Below are positions 50,384 to 62,630 of a stretch of 64,000 bases of DNA, piece by piece. Below the pieces are notes generated by a model that made no database searches, was not told where the DNA came from, and saw only the letters and a program-made list of their open reading frames with translations. Positions within the stretch are counted from its first letter, which is position 1. Each line of letters begins with the position of its first letter. The translations under genes were made by a program, and so were the position numbers. The stretch is taken from assembly GCA_002633005.1 (NCBI GenBank), contig NMRA01000160.1, positions 524,065-588,064 of the forward strand. Direction: 5' to 3'. Source of the DNA: Phoronis australis (Eukaryota; Animalia; Phoronida).

Positions 50384-51013
50384 CCTCCTGAGCTGCGGTT
50401 TGATGGAATTCTGTATCTCGGCCCAAATAATAGTGAATTTGATAGCAGAATTAGAGTTCACACCAAACAAAGAGGGTAGAAATGACGCAGTGCGTCTATT
50501 TGACCTGGGTAGTTCATCGTCTTCGGACAAGCTTACGTCCTCGATGTCACTAAATATCAAGTTATTCCCATATATTAACGAGTGATATTCACTTTCATCG
50601 TCTTTGCTGTTACCTCCTTCGGGCTCCGGTCTTTTACAGTTTTTTCCATCGCCATCTCGTCGTTTAGAATGTTTGCTGGCATCGTATACCTCCCCGCCCT
50701 CTTTTAGTTTGATTTTCTTTTTTACTTTCTTTTCGTGATCTTTCTCAGTCTCACTCTCTGTTTTGACTTTCTTCTTTTTCTTTTTCTTCTTGTCTTTAAT
50801 AGGGTTCTTTTTCGGGGATAATTCCACACTTTCTGCCGTGGAGTTACGTGCATCTGTTAAGCCCTCCATTGAGTCGGCCAAATTTTTTGCGTCACTGTCC
50901 GCCATTTTGTTTTCTGCTTTTTGGGTTCCCATGGCTACCGATTTCACATAGTTCTGTTGATCGAAGTCACATGATTCCATGCCAATTTCCTTGCCCATGG
51001 CCCCAAGGTCCAT
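50384..51013 (-). CDS. Tpm: Putative alternative first exon of tropomyosin encoding a 210-aa low-complexity Lys/acidic head
   Basis: Long ORF inside the intron between exons 2 and 1b, on the same strand. It ends at a phase-0 donor (AGG|GTACGT) compatible with exon 3. The splice link itself is inferred. Confidence 0.65.
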
Positions 51014-53015
51014 GCTACCGACACTTACGATCAAATTCACAATTTTCTTAAATTACTCCATCCTCAATCGAAGGAGCTCTCTCGGCGGCGTTTACTTCAA
51101 CTGTTTATTTTCAGGGTTGCAGCTGAAGCCGAGAGGTTGAGTCTATTCAAGGCTGCGATGAGGGGTAGGTAGCCCAGTCATTAACAGCAGAGTTCAACTC
51201 ATCATCTATTCCGAGCTCAAAGCTGCATTCCAGACGCTTCGCTCCAAATACGGCGTGGTGACGTCACAGCATAAGAAGGGTCGACGGTGCAGAGGCCGAT
51301 CACTGACACGGCGCTGCGTATAAACTACAACTCAAGACACTGTATTATTACTTGTTGAATACATTTGTCGATTTAGTTTCTCTGTAGCAAAAACACGTCG
51401 CCGGCAAGTGCTGTTATTGCGCCAGCAGCAACAATTAACATCGTGACGCAAAACGGGCGCGTTCCATAGATACGGACACTGGCGAGTACAGCTAGTGAGA
51501 TCACAAAATCTTCGATTGTTATTCATGGCGATCTAGCGAGGACTTGCGCGATCTCACTTTTCATGCAAGGAACTTGCTGTACTCAGTGACTATTAGCGAA
51601 GCTAAATTGCGAGTTAGCAACCAAAATAAATAAGTTATAAGCGTAGCTATCTACTATACTTTAATATGAGCATTTTCATGGTTAGCTGACTGGGGACATT
51701 AATTCTAGATTATATGAAGAACCAATCTAAAAGTTAATGCCATGCGTGTCGAAAAATCCTAGCTCATGTTTTTAGTAGAAGAAGAAATACTTCTCGTTAA
51801 ATGTTCCCGTTGAACTGGTCTATTTGTTTCGGGCAAGAAAAAAGGCAACCTATAAAACATTCAACTTTACTCTACCATCGAACCGAAAAGAATTGTTCTG
51901 AAGCCACAAACTAATTGCATTTCATTGCTCGTTTCATTTCCTATCACCCATATCGCCACAGCATCCGTCTGCAGTTTATCCGGTAAGTATTGCCTTCCTT
52001 TATTACTTTTTCTGTGTCATTTCCGAGCTCATAGCTTGTGTCTAAAAATTAGCCGTCGGTTGTATACACCTATACCTATATGTATATGTATACGTTTTAA
52101 AAAACATCAGCTTTTCAAGGCAGTGGACCCAACAATGACCACAGACTCGAACTCGAAGGCATCCATTTACGGCGGATTGCCCACACCCTACAAATGTTTT
52201 CCTGGAGCCGCACCCATTTTATCAAGGGTCGTACGACTTGTCTTAGGTGAGACGATCGCATCTTCAATTTCTAGAGGCAAACAATTCATTACCGGGTTTA
52301 TGAAGGCGGGCGTTCGGATTGATTGTAAGCTAAGGTCACGTTTACGTCAAAAAGAGTGTTTCGCTCAGACAAAAATGTAGCGTCATCTTCGCGATAACCT
52401 GTCTACGACCGAGCTTACGATTTAGTCAGATCTGCAATCGATTATACCCATAATCCACCATTTCCTGTAATTTGAGTACCAATGATTACACTCGTCTTCC
52501 ATACTTAACCCGTGAATTAATGCCAGCTATCAAGTGTCATTACCAGTGTTCATAACTTCAGTTAAGGCAAACGAAAGTAAGCAATACGAATCCGCTACAC
52601 TGACGCAACAGAATTGGAACAAAAATTCGATATTCGTCTTTTTTTCTTTACCTGGGGGTACTCTCTTCCATTCGTTGAATACATCTTAAATGAATGACTC
52701 TAGTAGCCCTTACTTTTCAGCGAAATAGTACGTCTGTTTGCCATTTTCTCGGCAAAACTATGGGAGGAGTGAAAATTTCTGACAGAACTACAACAGGGAC
52801 ATTTGTTCGGCGAGAACCTACGTGTGACGTGGAAAGGCTACAGTAACAGCGACACATCCTTCATAAACTTTTCATGTAGCATATGAGAAACGTATACACT
52901 ATCAAATTTGGTAAAACCAAATTTGAGCAATTAGCATCGTCGTTAGCGCTATCATTCGAATTGTTTTCTTCCTGATAAACAGGTGACACCACCATAGTAA
53001 TACTTGAGTGCTTTT

Positions 53016-53060
53016 CAGTGGCGGATTTAGAGGGGGCCACGGGGNCTGGATCCGCCCCTG
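53016..53060. mobile_element. Same MITE family as 10571-10725, interior collapsed at the n at 53045
   Basis: Same termini (cagtggcggatttagaggggg ... ctggatccgcccctg), flanks CTTTT/CTTCT. Confidence 0.7.
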
Positions 53061-53741
53061 CTTCTGTCCAGTCCAGCACAAGTGAAAGTGGCCCAAAATA
53101 TACACAGCATAACACAAAAGACAGCATACAACACATTGCAGTTATGAGGAGTTGGCGTAATACAGAATCCTACCACTCATGAGGGAAAAAACAGATGATT
53201 GATAATTTTCACAACCCACACTGACAGACGTCCATCTACAAGATATTCATAGATGCCTCAAGCGCGGCGCAGTCGCCTGCTCCTAATTCGCTTAAATTAC
53301 CTACAGAAACTGGCCAACAGACCACAACACTATAAAACTAATATTTTACCAAATGTGGGCTTGCTGTAGTCCCTGGACTAATATATTAAATCAGGAGACG
53401 GCAAATTCTTTGCATTACACAAGACTTAATGAAGGATAATCGCCGACTAGGATATCATCCACCGTGTAAGAAAATACGACCACAACGTCGACCACAAACG
53501 TGGCGAATATTTGAGATTTAACAGTTTCATGAATCATAGGTATCTGGAATCTCCACTGCCTCCCTGCGATCAAACACATTTGTCAAAAGTTTTCCATCAT
53601 CGTGCCTCACTTGACGATAAAACGCGTCTAGTTCTGCATACATCACGTCTAGTTCTGAGAACAACACTAGATGTTTTCGGGTTTTTTGGAGTTCCGTTGA
53701 AACTATGTTGAGTTAGAGAGCGTCTACGAGGACGAACTTAC

Positions 53742-53867
53742 CTCAGATTTAGATTTCTTTAGTTCCTCTAGTTCGGTAGTGACTCGCGCCAGATCTTCTT
53801 GTGCAGTGTCCAGTTCGGTTTCTACTGTTGCGATTCGCTTCTGAAGGGCCATCACCTCATCGTCTTT
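53742..53867 (-). CDS. Tpm: Tropomyosin exon 2 (KDDEVMALQKRIATVETELDTAQEDLARVTTELEELKKSKSE, 42 aa)
   Basis: 126 nt, acceptor tttattgtAG, donor GAG|GTAAGT, phase 0/0. The ELDTAQE motif matches tropomyosin residues 39-80. Confidence 0.95.
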
Positions 53868-55276
53868 CTACAATAAATGCATGTAACTGAAAGTATTAGC
53901 CACGTACCGAAATACCTCAGCCTTTCTTTCAGTCTGCCGCATTAACCCACAGTGTTGTTCGGTAAGTGGCAGTCGTTCCACAGCTGTATTCTGACAATCA
54001 TGATATAAAGCAAATTTATTTTGACAGTCGTGATTCTAAAGCTAGTATCGTTCGGTTGCATGTGAAAACTAGATCATTCATAAAATGTGCTTTTCCTGCC
54101 TCCGCGAAAAAGGAGGGTCGCATTTGAGATTATGTCGGGCAAAATACAGCCTAATGGTAATACGTAAAAAGGTGCGAAAGTGAATTTCACTAAATTTATG
54201 TTCAATCTTTTAAGTTTTGTTTAACCGTCGGAATGCACATGGCCGACGTTCCTCGCAGATTTTACGTTAACTTTCCTTAAAAAACATGTCAGTAACAAAG
54301 TAGACACGCGTTGGGAAAATATTATCGCTAATTTAGGAATGAGAATTTTTCTGGTCGGTAGTCATCGAAAACACTTGTATAGTAGCTAACCCTAAAAATA
54401 ACCTAACCAGACGATGTTCATGCTTTTTTAAATAAAAAACCTTCAGCAACCTGGGCGTAACTCGATCGCGAGCCCTGTTTTCTTCTTTCAAGCCACAGTT
54501 TGTGTGTGTACTGCCAGTTAAAAGGAAAGAAATCACAGACATAGTTTTAGTAGGTTGACATGTTTTGAAGTAAAATATTTCTTTGCGTTACACGCAGACC
54601 TCAGCTTTTCCCGGCACTTCTTAGAGTAAGTTTCATGAGAAAAGTGAAATAACACAAGTCCGACTTCGTGGACTATCTTCATGCATTTCCCGCGAGTGTC
54701 TTGCGTGTACGGAGTGCGACCCTGTTTCATGCAACGCCATCTTTGTAAACAAGTGCTTTGTTTCATGTTTTTGGGGGTAGAAACACTTCTTTTTTTCGGC
54801 GAACGACAAAGAGTTCCTAATTGCACTCTATTTGAGTTTGAAGTTTGAGACTTGACCTTATACCAGCGCTGCGTGGGACTTTCGAATGCGAATTTTTTAA
54901 GAAGACAGGATCGAATCCTTGTTGGTTGACAACAAGACTGGTTCAGTTCATGTATTTAGTGCTTAACGAAAGGCACTCTTTAATTGGTTTATTTTAAGTC
55001 GGAGTATAAACATTGCCGTTCACTCACAGCTGTGGCGGGTAAACTGTACTCCAACGAGAAGCAGCCTTCACGCTGTTTCTGGTGAATCGACTTACTTAGC
55101 AGTTCACCATCTTTGATAAACATTGCTTTGGTCCATGTTTTGGGGTGGAAGTCCGTGGAACCTTTTGTTTTGTTTTGTTTTGTTTGTTTTTGTCTTTGCT
55201 TTTAACTCGGCGAGGCCCCCAAAACACGATAAAACTATGGACCCAGTGGAGCTAAATCTGTGACGGCTTCAACCTG

Positions 55277-55705
55277 TGGCCGGTTGCATGAAACAGTCCC
55301 AAACAGGGACTCAGCTAAGTTCCCAAAATCTACTGCGTATTTGTGGACTTGTGAAAACACCGATTGCCCTTTCTTATGCTGTTTTAGTTACATTACTAAG
55401 TCAATTTTTGGCTTTGATACAAATCGAGAGTGAACTCGACGTAGAATTCTCAATATTATCGAAAATGTATAGAGATCTTTTCATGCAACCCCCCCTAACT
55501 TGTGGACTGAGTCCCTGTTTATTTTCATTAAATTCAGGGAAAAAGTTGTATTATTATAAAATGTCTTTAGTCAAAGAGGAGATCATAATAAAGATGAAAT
55601 GAAAGAAAAAAAATTACATCTGTGAGTAAACAAAGACGCAAATAGGCAAAATATTTAGGTAACTTATTTGAGTCCCTATTTGTGACTGTTTCATGCAACC
55701 CGGCA
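55277..55705. mobile_element. MITE with ~50-bp TIRs, PIF/Harbinger (Tourist)-like
   Basis: The left end ggccggttgcatgaaacagtcccaaacagggactcagctaagt is the near reverse complement of the right end acttatttgagtccctatttgtgactgtttcatgcaacccggca. 3-bp flanks CTG/CTA. Superfamily is inferred. Confidence 0.7.
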
Positions 55706-56487
55706 CTAGTCTTGGCTTCATTAGCGCTTCGTGGGTCTTTAAACAAACCAAATTATTTTTTATGCAGACAATAAAGCGTGCTAGCAACCTTCCTATAGAA
55801 AAATAAGTACTAGAGAAACATCTAAAAACTCCCAAAGCATTATCTTATGGTTTTGAGGCTCCAATTTCTGAGTAGCTTCTCGCCTGTTTATAAGTCAGCT
55901 GCCAAATACCAAGAACTGTTTGCAGAGAATGTGCTTCAAGTTGTTTATGCTATGTTTGATTCTTGGCAAGATAAAGGTCCATTCAAATTTTCGTCTGGTA
56001 ATTAGCGTGGAACTCCCGGTATATTGTGGCTTTGCGTTGGCGTCGACAATAAAATTGAGACATTCTTTGCAATGAACTGTAGACTGCAACTCAGTGGACC
56101 AAAAACAAATCGTCAACGGCATAAGGTTCTTTCACAGCCAGAGACAATGTTTTCACAGGAGACGAAATAGTGGGCAATTATTAACCTTTTTGCGGTAATA
56201 CATTTTGTACTAATGGATGATGAGACACCGGCTTTCCACCAGAATGAAACAAGAAAGCGTAGGCTTACACCTACATTTCCAGCCAGCACATAGTGTAAAC
56301 AGGTCAATTCCTCTGCCATAGCAGCAGGTGTTTAAAAACCCTCGACATGTCAATAAGACTATCGTTATACCGGTTGCGGGTTTCCAAACTTAGCACAAAA
56401 AACGCGACGTAGCCATCTTGTTGCAGAGCATCACACAAGGTCTAAAGCCTTGCATGTGGATAACCAAGCGGGCGTTCGGCATACCTG

Positions 56488-56888
56488 GGCCCGGTCTCTA
56501 ATCTTTGTACTCGAAACGAACTCGAAACTATTTTTGGCAATTTCTCTGCTCCTTTTGTGCGAACTTAATATAATTGGTAATGAGTCTGTGCTCGAATACA
56601 TTATAGTTTATGCATAGGAGTTTCTAGTTCAAGTTTGCCCTTGAAGACCCTTATATTCGTGCTACAAACTCGAGTAAAAACTCGAAATTTCGAGTTCAAA
56701 CTCGAACTTGTTGCTTTAATATTGGGTTTACAAACTGTGAACTAAGAGCAATAAATTATCTACGTAAGTTGTTGTGTACTGGAGCATAGAATAATAGACA
56801 CTTATCTTCAGTTCGCCCAAAAGTAGAGTAGAAAATGCCAAACCTAATTTCGAGTTCCACTTCGAGTAAAAAGATTGGAGACCGGGTC
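56488..56888. mobile_element. MITE with ~28-bp TIRs, PIF/Harbinger-like
   Basis: ggcccggtctctaatctttgtactcgaa ... ttcgagtaaaaagattggagaccgggtc, flanks CTG/TTG, internal actcga repeats. Confidence 0.7.
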
Positions 56889-56894
56889 TTGGTC

Positions 56895-56973
56895 TCTTGC
56901 GAGAAAAGCAAGACTTGACGAGATATCGCCATGTATTACAAGCGAAGCACGTGATCACACTAGCTTCCTTAGC
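56895..56973 (+). repeat. Dispersed ~80-bp repeat with a CACGTGATCACACTAGCT core; related copies near 18235, 57072, 57910 (inverted) and 61349-61437 (inverted)
   Basis: Shared blocks tcttgcgagaaaagcaa and cacgtgatcac..tagcttccttagc, seen directly or as reverse complements. Confidence 0.7.
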
Positions 56974-59585
56974 TATATATTCCTGTGTCTACGACACTCT
57001 ACCCAGTGCGATCAGGCCTCATACGAATTCCTGCTGTGCGATAACAGCATCCCGTTTAGTAACGCTAAGACCTCGCTAAAAAGCAAGACATCGCGAGATT
57101 ACGTGAGATATTGCAGTGTTTTAAACAAGAACACGTGACTAAGGCTAGATTTTAGCTAGGTCCTAGCGTAGGTCCTAGTGCACGTCAGGTTAGCACCATG
57201 TTGCTAACGGAAGTGGGAGAAAAAATCACTTTGCCTCTTACCTCGGAAATGGTCTCTTCGTAAGATAACGGTGCAGAGTTGTCTTGGTACAGACAACGGA
57301 ACTATTGAGCATTGTGGGTACTGTCGTAACAATTACTCAAAAATCAACACTCCTACAGTATTTGAAAGTTGTGGTGCAGACTCTGACCAGAGTGATGTGT
57401 TATGGAAATCGCTCTGAGAGCCCATCTCAAACTAAGAGCGCTGCTCTCCGAGTCACAGCTATCGGGTATCTCCTAATAAAATATTATACTAGGGTGTGTC
57501 GAATGGGGGGGGGGGCAAAAATTGTGGCAACGCGGTTTATGAAAATTTGGCGACGGAGGACAAAATTTGTGACCTTGTAATGGGGGGATGCAGTTCGAAA
57601 TTTGTGGTCACCCGAGGATGGTTCAAAATAGCTCAAATTACCAGAACTCCTAGACTTGTAATTGGTTATGAGGGCCTCGACAAGCAGGTGTGCTTTTCGA
57701 AAAGTTATCAGAATGAACGTGCCTTGGGCCGTGATCATAGGTCTGAGTAAATTGCGCATGCCAAAAGCACGCGAAACCAGAAGAGAAATTCAAACCATTT
57801 TTAATACATGAGCATTTCGCCTAAAGCTATAAAAGTGTTGAAATACTTTTCAACTTTATTGAAAAACATTCTTGCAACTGAGATCAGTATTGAATTCTGT
57901 GGACGCAAGAATCTCGCGAAAGTATCTAGTGTGATCACGTGTTTCGATATCTCGCGAAATCTTGTGCGATATCTTTTGCATTTACGATGTTCTCGCATCT
58001 GTGGAACGCGCGCCAGTTCACTTTCTAATTATGTTTTTGAAACAACAATCAGATGATTGCGATGTGTAAGGTATTTTTGGCAACCATAAGTATGCTTTTG
58101 ACAATTAATTTAAAACACTCAGACTTGTTTTTTCTTGGTTAATTAATTACAACGTTTGCCTATGTGAGCCTCTCAGCAATGAGGAATGCCTTTAAATATC
58201 ATAAGCTATTCTTTAGCTGGCGGACATTAAACAAGTAAAAAAAACATCTCTAGGCATACTATTGATAAATTTCATAATTTCTAAAGCGTTGTTGGTATTT
58301 CAGTGATTAATATTTTGACTTTTGAACCACAAAAAATGTCAGAACTGTAAGATTTGTGCTCCAAATTCTATTACAGTTATTTGATACCAAGCTATTTCTG
58401 ATGCATCTGCCGTAAACCTCGCCGGAACCGTATTTGGCTGTTGCTGCGGTTAAGATCTCGGTCAGGGATTCAGACCAGCGGAGACGACTAGAAAATGGTC
58501 AGATCAACATAACAAAGACAGTTGACCTCACTTTAGTAACATCTAGTCATAACAGAATTCACAGTTTGATAAGATAACGCAACATTACGACTGGGCGGCA
58601 ACTTGCACGTATGGTTTGATGTTAAGTCCCGCATGACAATATTTTTCAGCCGAGTGGCCGTTATCCCGAAGTCAACAAATCCCTCATATTAAAAACAGAT
58701 GTCCGCAGCGTCCATTTTAATGTGTTGGCCATCAGCAACAAAACAGCCCCGTCGTCAGTGAGTTAGATCTCCATAATACATCCAGAAACACCTTCTAAGC
58801 AGAGAAATCCAAGATGGCGGATATTGTTCCACATTTTTTACATTCCTGGCTACTTCCAAACAAGTTCGGCTGCAGTGGCACGAAAGCTAGAAAGCGTTTT
58901 GAGCTAAACAAACGGTTAGGTCGAGCAAAGCTTTCCATTATGCACGAGTTACGGTACATAAGCCAAGCAGGCAACAGATTTTAGACTTCGACATAAGAGA
59001 GGGTCAAAATGACAAAATAAATATATGACAGTTGACAGTGTCCGCTGATTGCTATAACTATGAAGCATCTGAATAGCTAAACAATGAGCCTATATTTCAT
59101 AAATAAAACACAATTAATTTTATAGACAACAAAATATGTAATCAATAATTATGCGTTATCACTATGAGTTAAGTAGTTGTTAAACGATTCAAACCAAGTT
59201 ACAGATAAGGCGTCAGTAAGGTCTTGTATTACATCCTAGGTCTGGTGTCATGACCTTGTTTTGTCTATTTGATACGGTTATCACTCATTAATTATGAGAG
59301 CGACATTACTGAATAAGGTGTGACCGCTTTTCAGAGGTTCAATGTCGGTCTGTGTTCTGGAAACGGGTGTTCGGATGGCGTAAAATCATTAACACAGACA
59401 TTTTTGAAAAACATGTTGGTACAACAATCGCGATTTGACGCCGGCCCAGGAAAAATGTCGTGGATACCATGTTACGGACAGTACTTTAGAATTTTAGGCC
59501 TGCACTGATGATAATACTTGTAATAATATCAAAACTAAAATGTGATTTTTGTCGTTTTTTACATAGCCACCTAGGCCAGTTTTAC

Positions 59586-59699
59586 CTTTTGTAAGTTTTC
59601 TTGACTATCTCGAAGTTGTTGCTCCAGCTGCTCAGCTTTGTCCAATGCGGCGTCTTTGTCAGATTTCATCGCCTGCATCTTCTTCTTGATGGCGTCCAT
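59586..59699 (-). CDS. Tpm: Tropomyosin exon 1a (MDAIKKKMQAMKSDKDAALDKAEQLEQQLRDSQENLQK, 38 aa); an in-frame upstream ATG at 59723 may extend it
   Basis: Canonical MDAIKKKMQAMK start, 114 nt (canonical exon 1a size), phase-0 donor AAG|GTAAAA. Confidence 0.97.
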
Positions 59700-59960
59700 C
59701 GTGTTTGTTGCTGGTGCTGCCATTTTTGACTGAAATCACACTGGAGGGGTACGAGATACTGGAAGAGAACACGGGCCGAACTGAGCAGAGCACAACGCAC
59801 GAAAATGTACTGTGCGAATGACGAAAAAGTGAGCGAGTGGCTGTGAGCGACTAGAGTAAGACGATGCCCTCAAAAGATGACAGACAACGGAAGCTAACCC
59901 CACAAACCTTCAATTGGTAGTCGAAATACACTAGCATTCGAAACGTCACGCTAGCCACGG

Positions 59961-59982
59961 ATTGGGTTACTACCATACATGG
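59961..59982 (-). promoter_or_regulatory. Candidate exon-1a promoter elements: CCAAT box (59961-59965) and a one-mismatch CArG box, CCATACATGG (59973-59982)
   Basis: Motif matches about 260-280 bp upstream of the start codon of a muscle gene. SRF/CArG control is typical of such genes, but function is not shown here. Confidence 0.35.
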
Positions 59983-62630
59983 CGAACAAACAGTTTCAGC
60001 ATGGGGGAGCGTTTGGCTGGAAGATGCCATTATGTTCAAGAGGTTGCCAAGGAACTGGTGCTCGGCACGGATTGAAGGAATATGGGAGGGACCAGTAAGT
60101 TTGATTACGATACCGTAACGTAAGAGGCGTACACCGCAGTTATAGCTGATGTGCAGTTGGGGTTCAAATCATCTCGTTCAACGTTATAGCTCAGTGCGTA
60201 GCACGGGAAAATACCAAAGGTCATATACCTTTTTGGGACCTGGTGATATATTTAGAGAGGATGATAGGTGTCGAAGTGTTAGGTGGTCAAACACGACTTT
60301 TAACAAGTGGATCTATGTACATGACGTTTTGGATTATTTAAGGGAATGGAGTGTCTACAGGGCCTGTGTAGTAGTTCCAGTTGTAAATTAATTTCAAGAA
60401 ACCTGTAGCGGGCTACGCGGGAATTTTAATTTCGTACTTTCTGATTGGCCCCCTCCCCCTTACGACATCGTATGGAGCGCCTATACTGCAATATTTCGTG
60501 ACAACACGGTGCGGTTACTGCTTGAAGCAAAGTGTGCGGGATACCTGATGTTCGCCTGTTGCGTTTCACAGCATAGCATGCATATATTCGTATACGCGTA
60601 CTTGCACGCACGCTCACACACGCATACGCACACAGGAGCCTTCTTAATCTTCCAGAGACGAATTGTAACTTTTTGTGTACGTTTATGTGGGCAGTGATAC
60701 GGTGACTAGTTCCGCTGAACTCAAAAGTTGGTGATAAACCATCAGCATGCGTTTGCTTTATTATTCCAAACTTAATAAATCGTTTCAATTCATAATAGCT
60801 AACTGTATAACAACTACCAGTGTACCGTCATCAATCATAAATCTCACGACAGATGTCGCAAATCACGCCAATAAGCCTTTTGCACAGCTGACGCATGATT
60901 CCATATTATTCCATTCTACCACACAACATTGTGATGTCCAGTTTTGCCAGTTTTAAGACAATTTTTGTAATTGGTGCAGTGGTCAGGTTTAGACGTTTTG
61001 AACTGACTAGCAGTGTAATATAATAAACATGCTAACTTCACTGATGAGAGCGACTGCTGATTTCTATTATCTGTGTATTAAATATTCGTACAAAACACAT
61101 AATCTTTTTAAAATGCACCACTCAGCTATTATCGTCAACTGTAAACAGAACTAGCTATTTTCTGACGAAACAAGGTTCGTTTTTCAGTACTACATTAAAC
61201 CACATAAATCACCACTGAGTAAAAACACCTACTTGCCCGCATTTGGTATACTATTAATGAATACCACTACGTCACTGACTATTTAGGCCAACATATTCAC
61301 CTATGAAAGCCTTCTTACTGGGTAGAGTTTCGTAGACACAAGAAGTTTGCTAAGGAAGCTAAAGTGATCACGTGGTTCCCTTGTTATACGCAGCAATATC
61401 TCGCGAAGTTTTACAAGTTTTTGCTTTTCTCGCAAGAAACTAGCTTTACGGAACGCACACTTGGAGGCATATAGTGTTACAACGTATTAAAATACAGCTA
61501 TCAGGTGGATGGTGGTAATTATTAAATAAATTATAAAATGTAAGTTGAGATTGAATACAGGTTGCTTATGTGAGGTAAATAAACCCATGCATGTGTATGC
61601 ATAAAAACAAGAACATGGTAATGCGAAATTAACCCTTTTAGTCTTTGTGCGAGTTTTGAAATCCCCAAGTGAATGTGTTGTAAATTAAATAGGAAAAGGC
61701 GCGCTTTCGGCGAAAATTTTACCGGAAACGGCACCCGTCAGAGCGGCACGTCTTGCATACTTCTTCTATGGGAGTATTCCGCGGGTCTACTATTTCTACC
61801 GGGCATTTTACCTAATGTTCAAATTTGTTCGTTGCAAAAGCAAGAAAAATGATCAATTTTGATAACGGATACTACTGAGATATGCATTTATTAAAAGGCC
61901 ACATGTGTTCAAGTATTCGACATATAATGAAATACTGCACAGGTTGTATGTCACGAAAGAACATGCAGACCCTACTTGACCAGTACAAAAACAAACTTTC
62001 CCAGAGAAAGAGTGTTATTCCAAATAATAACCTTCTAAGTCCATGATGGCCTATGTTATAGACAACGTTTAATATACTTTTCAGCACAGTCCTCCAATAG
62101 ACATAACGTGACACAATTACACAACCGTTTTAAATAATCCGGTCGAAATAGCTGTAATACGAACTCAGACGTTCCTGTGTACGGATTTTATCAAAATATC
62201 ATAAGTACTGACAAAAATATCACATGCAAATACCAACAGTAGCTCGAATAGCGGAAGTTGCGGAAGAGTTACAGGCGATATTTTACATTGCAAAATTCTT
62301 AACGCAAATAGTGTACAATTCTAAAACAAAATGAGTCAGAAAAATTTACTTCGAGTAAGCGAGGATTTCTCAGACCTTTGGCACCTTGATCATTCTGGCT
62401 ATCGGCGACATGTACCTAGATGAGTTACGTGAAGCCCATGCAAAAGCGCTACCTTCCGTCAATATGATATAAAGCGGAAACAATATCTTTCCCTAAATGC
62501 AACTTTTGCTTTCTGCATCAGAATAAAGTTTCTGTAGCTACGAAACGCCATAAACATCAATAAAGTTTTTGTATTTTCCTACACCACTTCAAAATTGCCT
62601 CTGACGGAGACGGCTTTTCCATCAAGCTAT

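Noticed and set aside
57242-57301. Strong donor GAG|GTAAGA preceded by SYEETISE, reminiscent of tropomyosin exon 7
   Set aside because: There is an in-frame stop 20 codons upstream, no pyrimidine-rich acceptor, it is in the wrong position (intron 1), and it has no heptad pattern.
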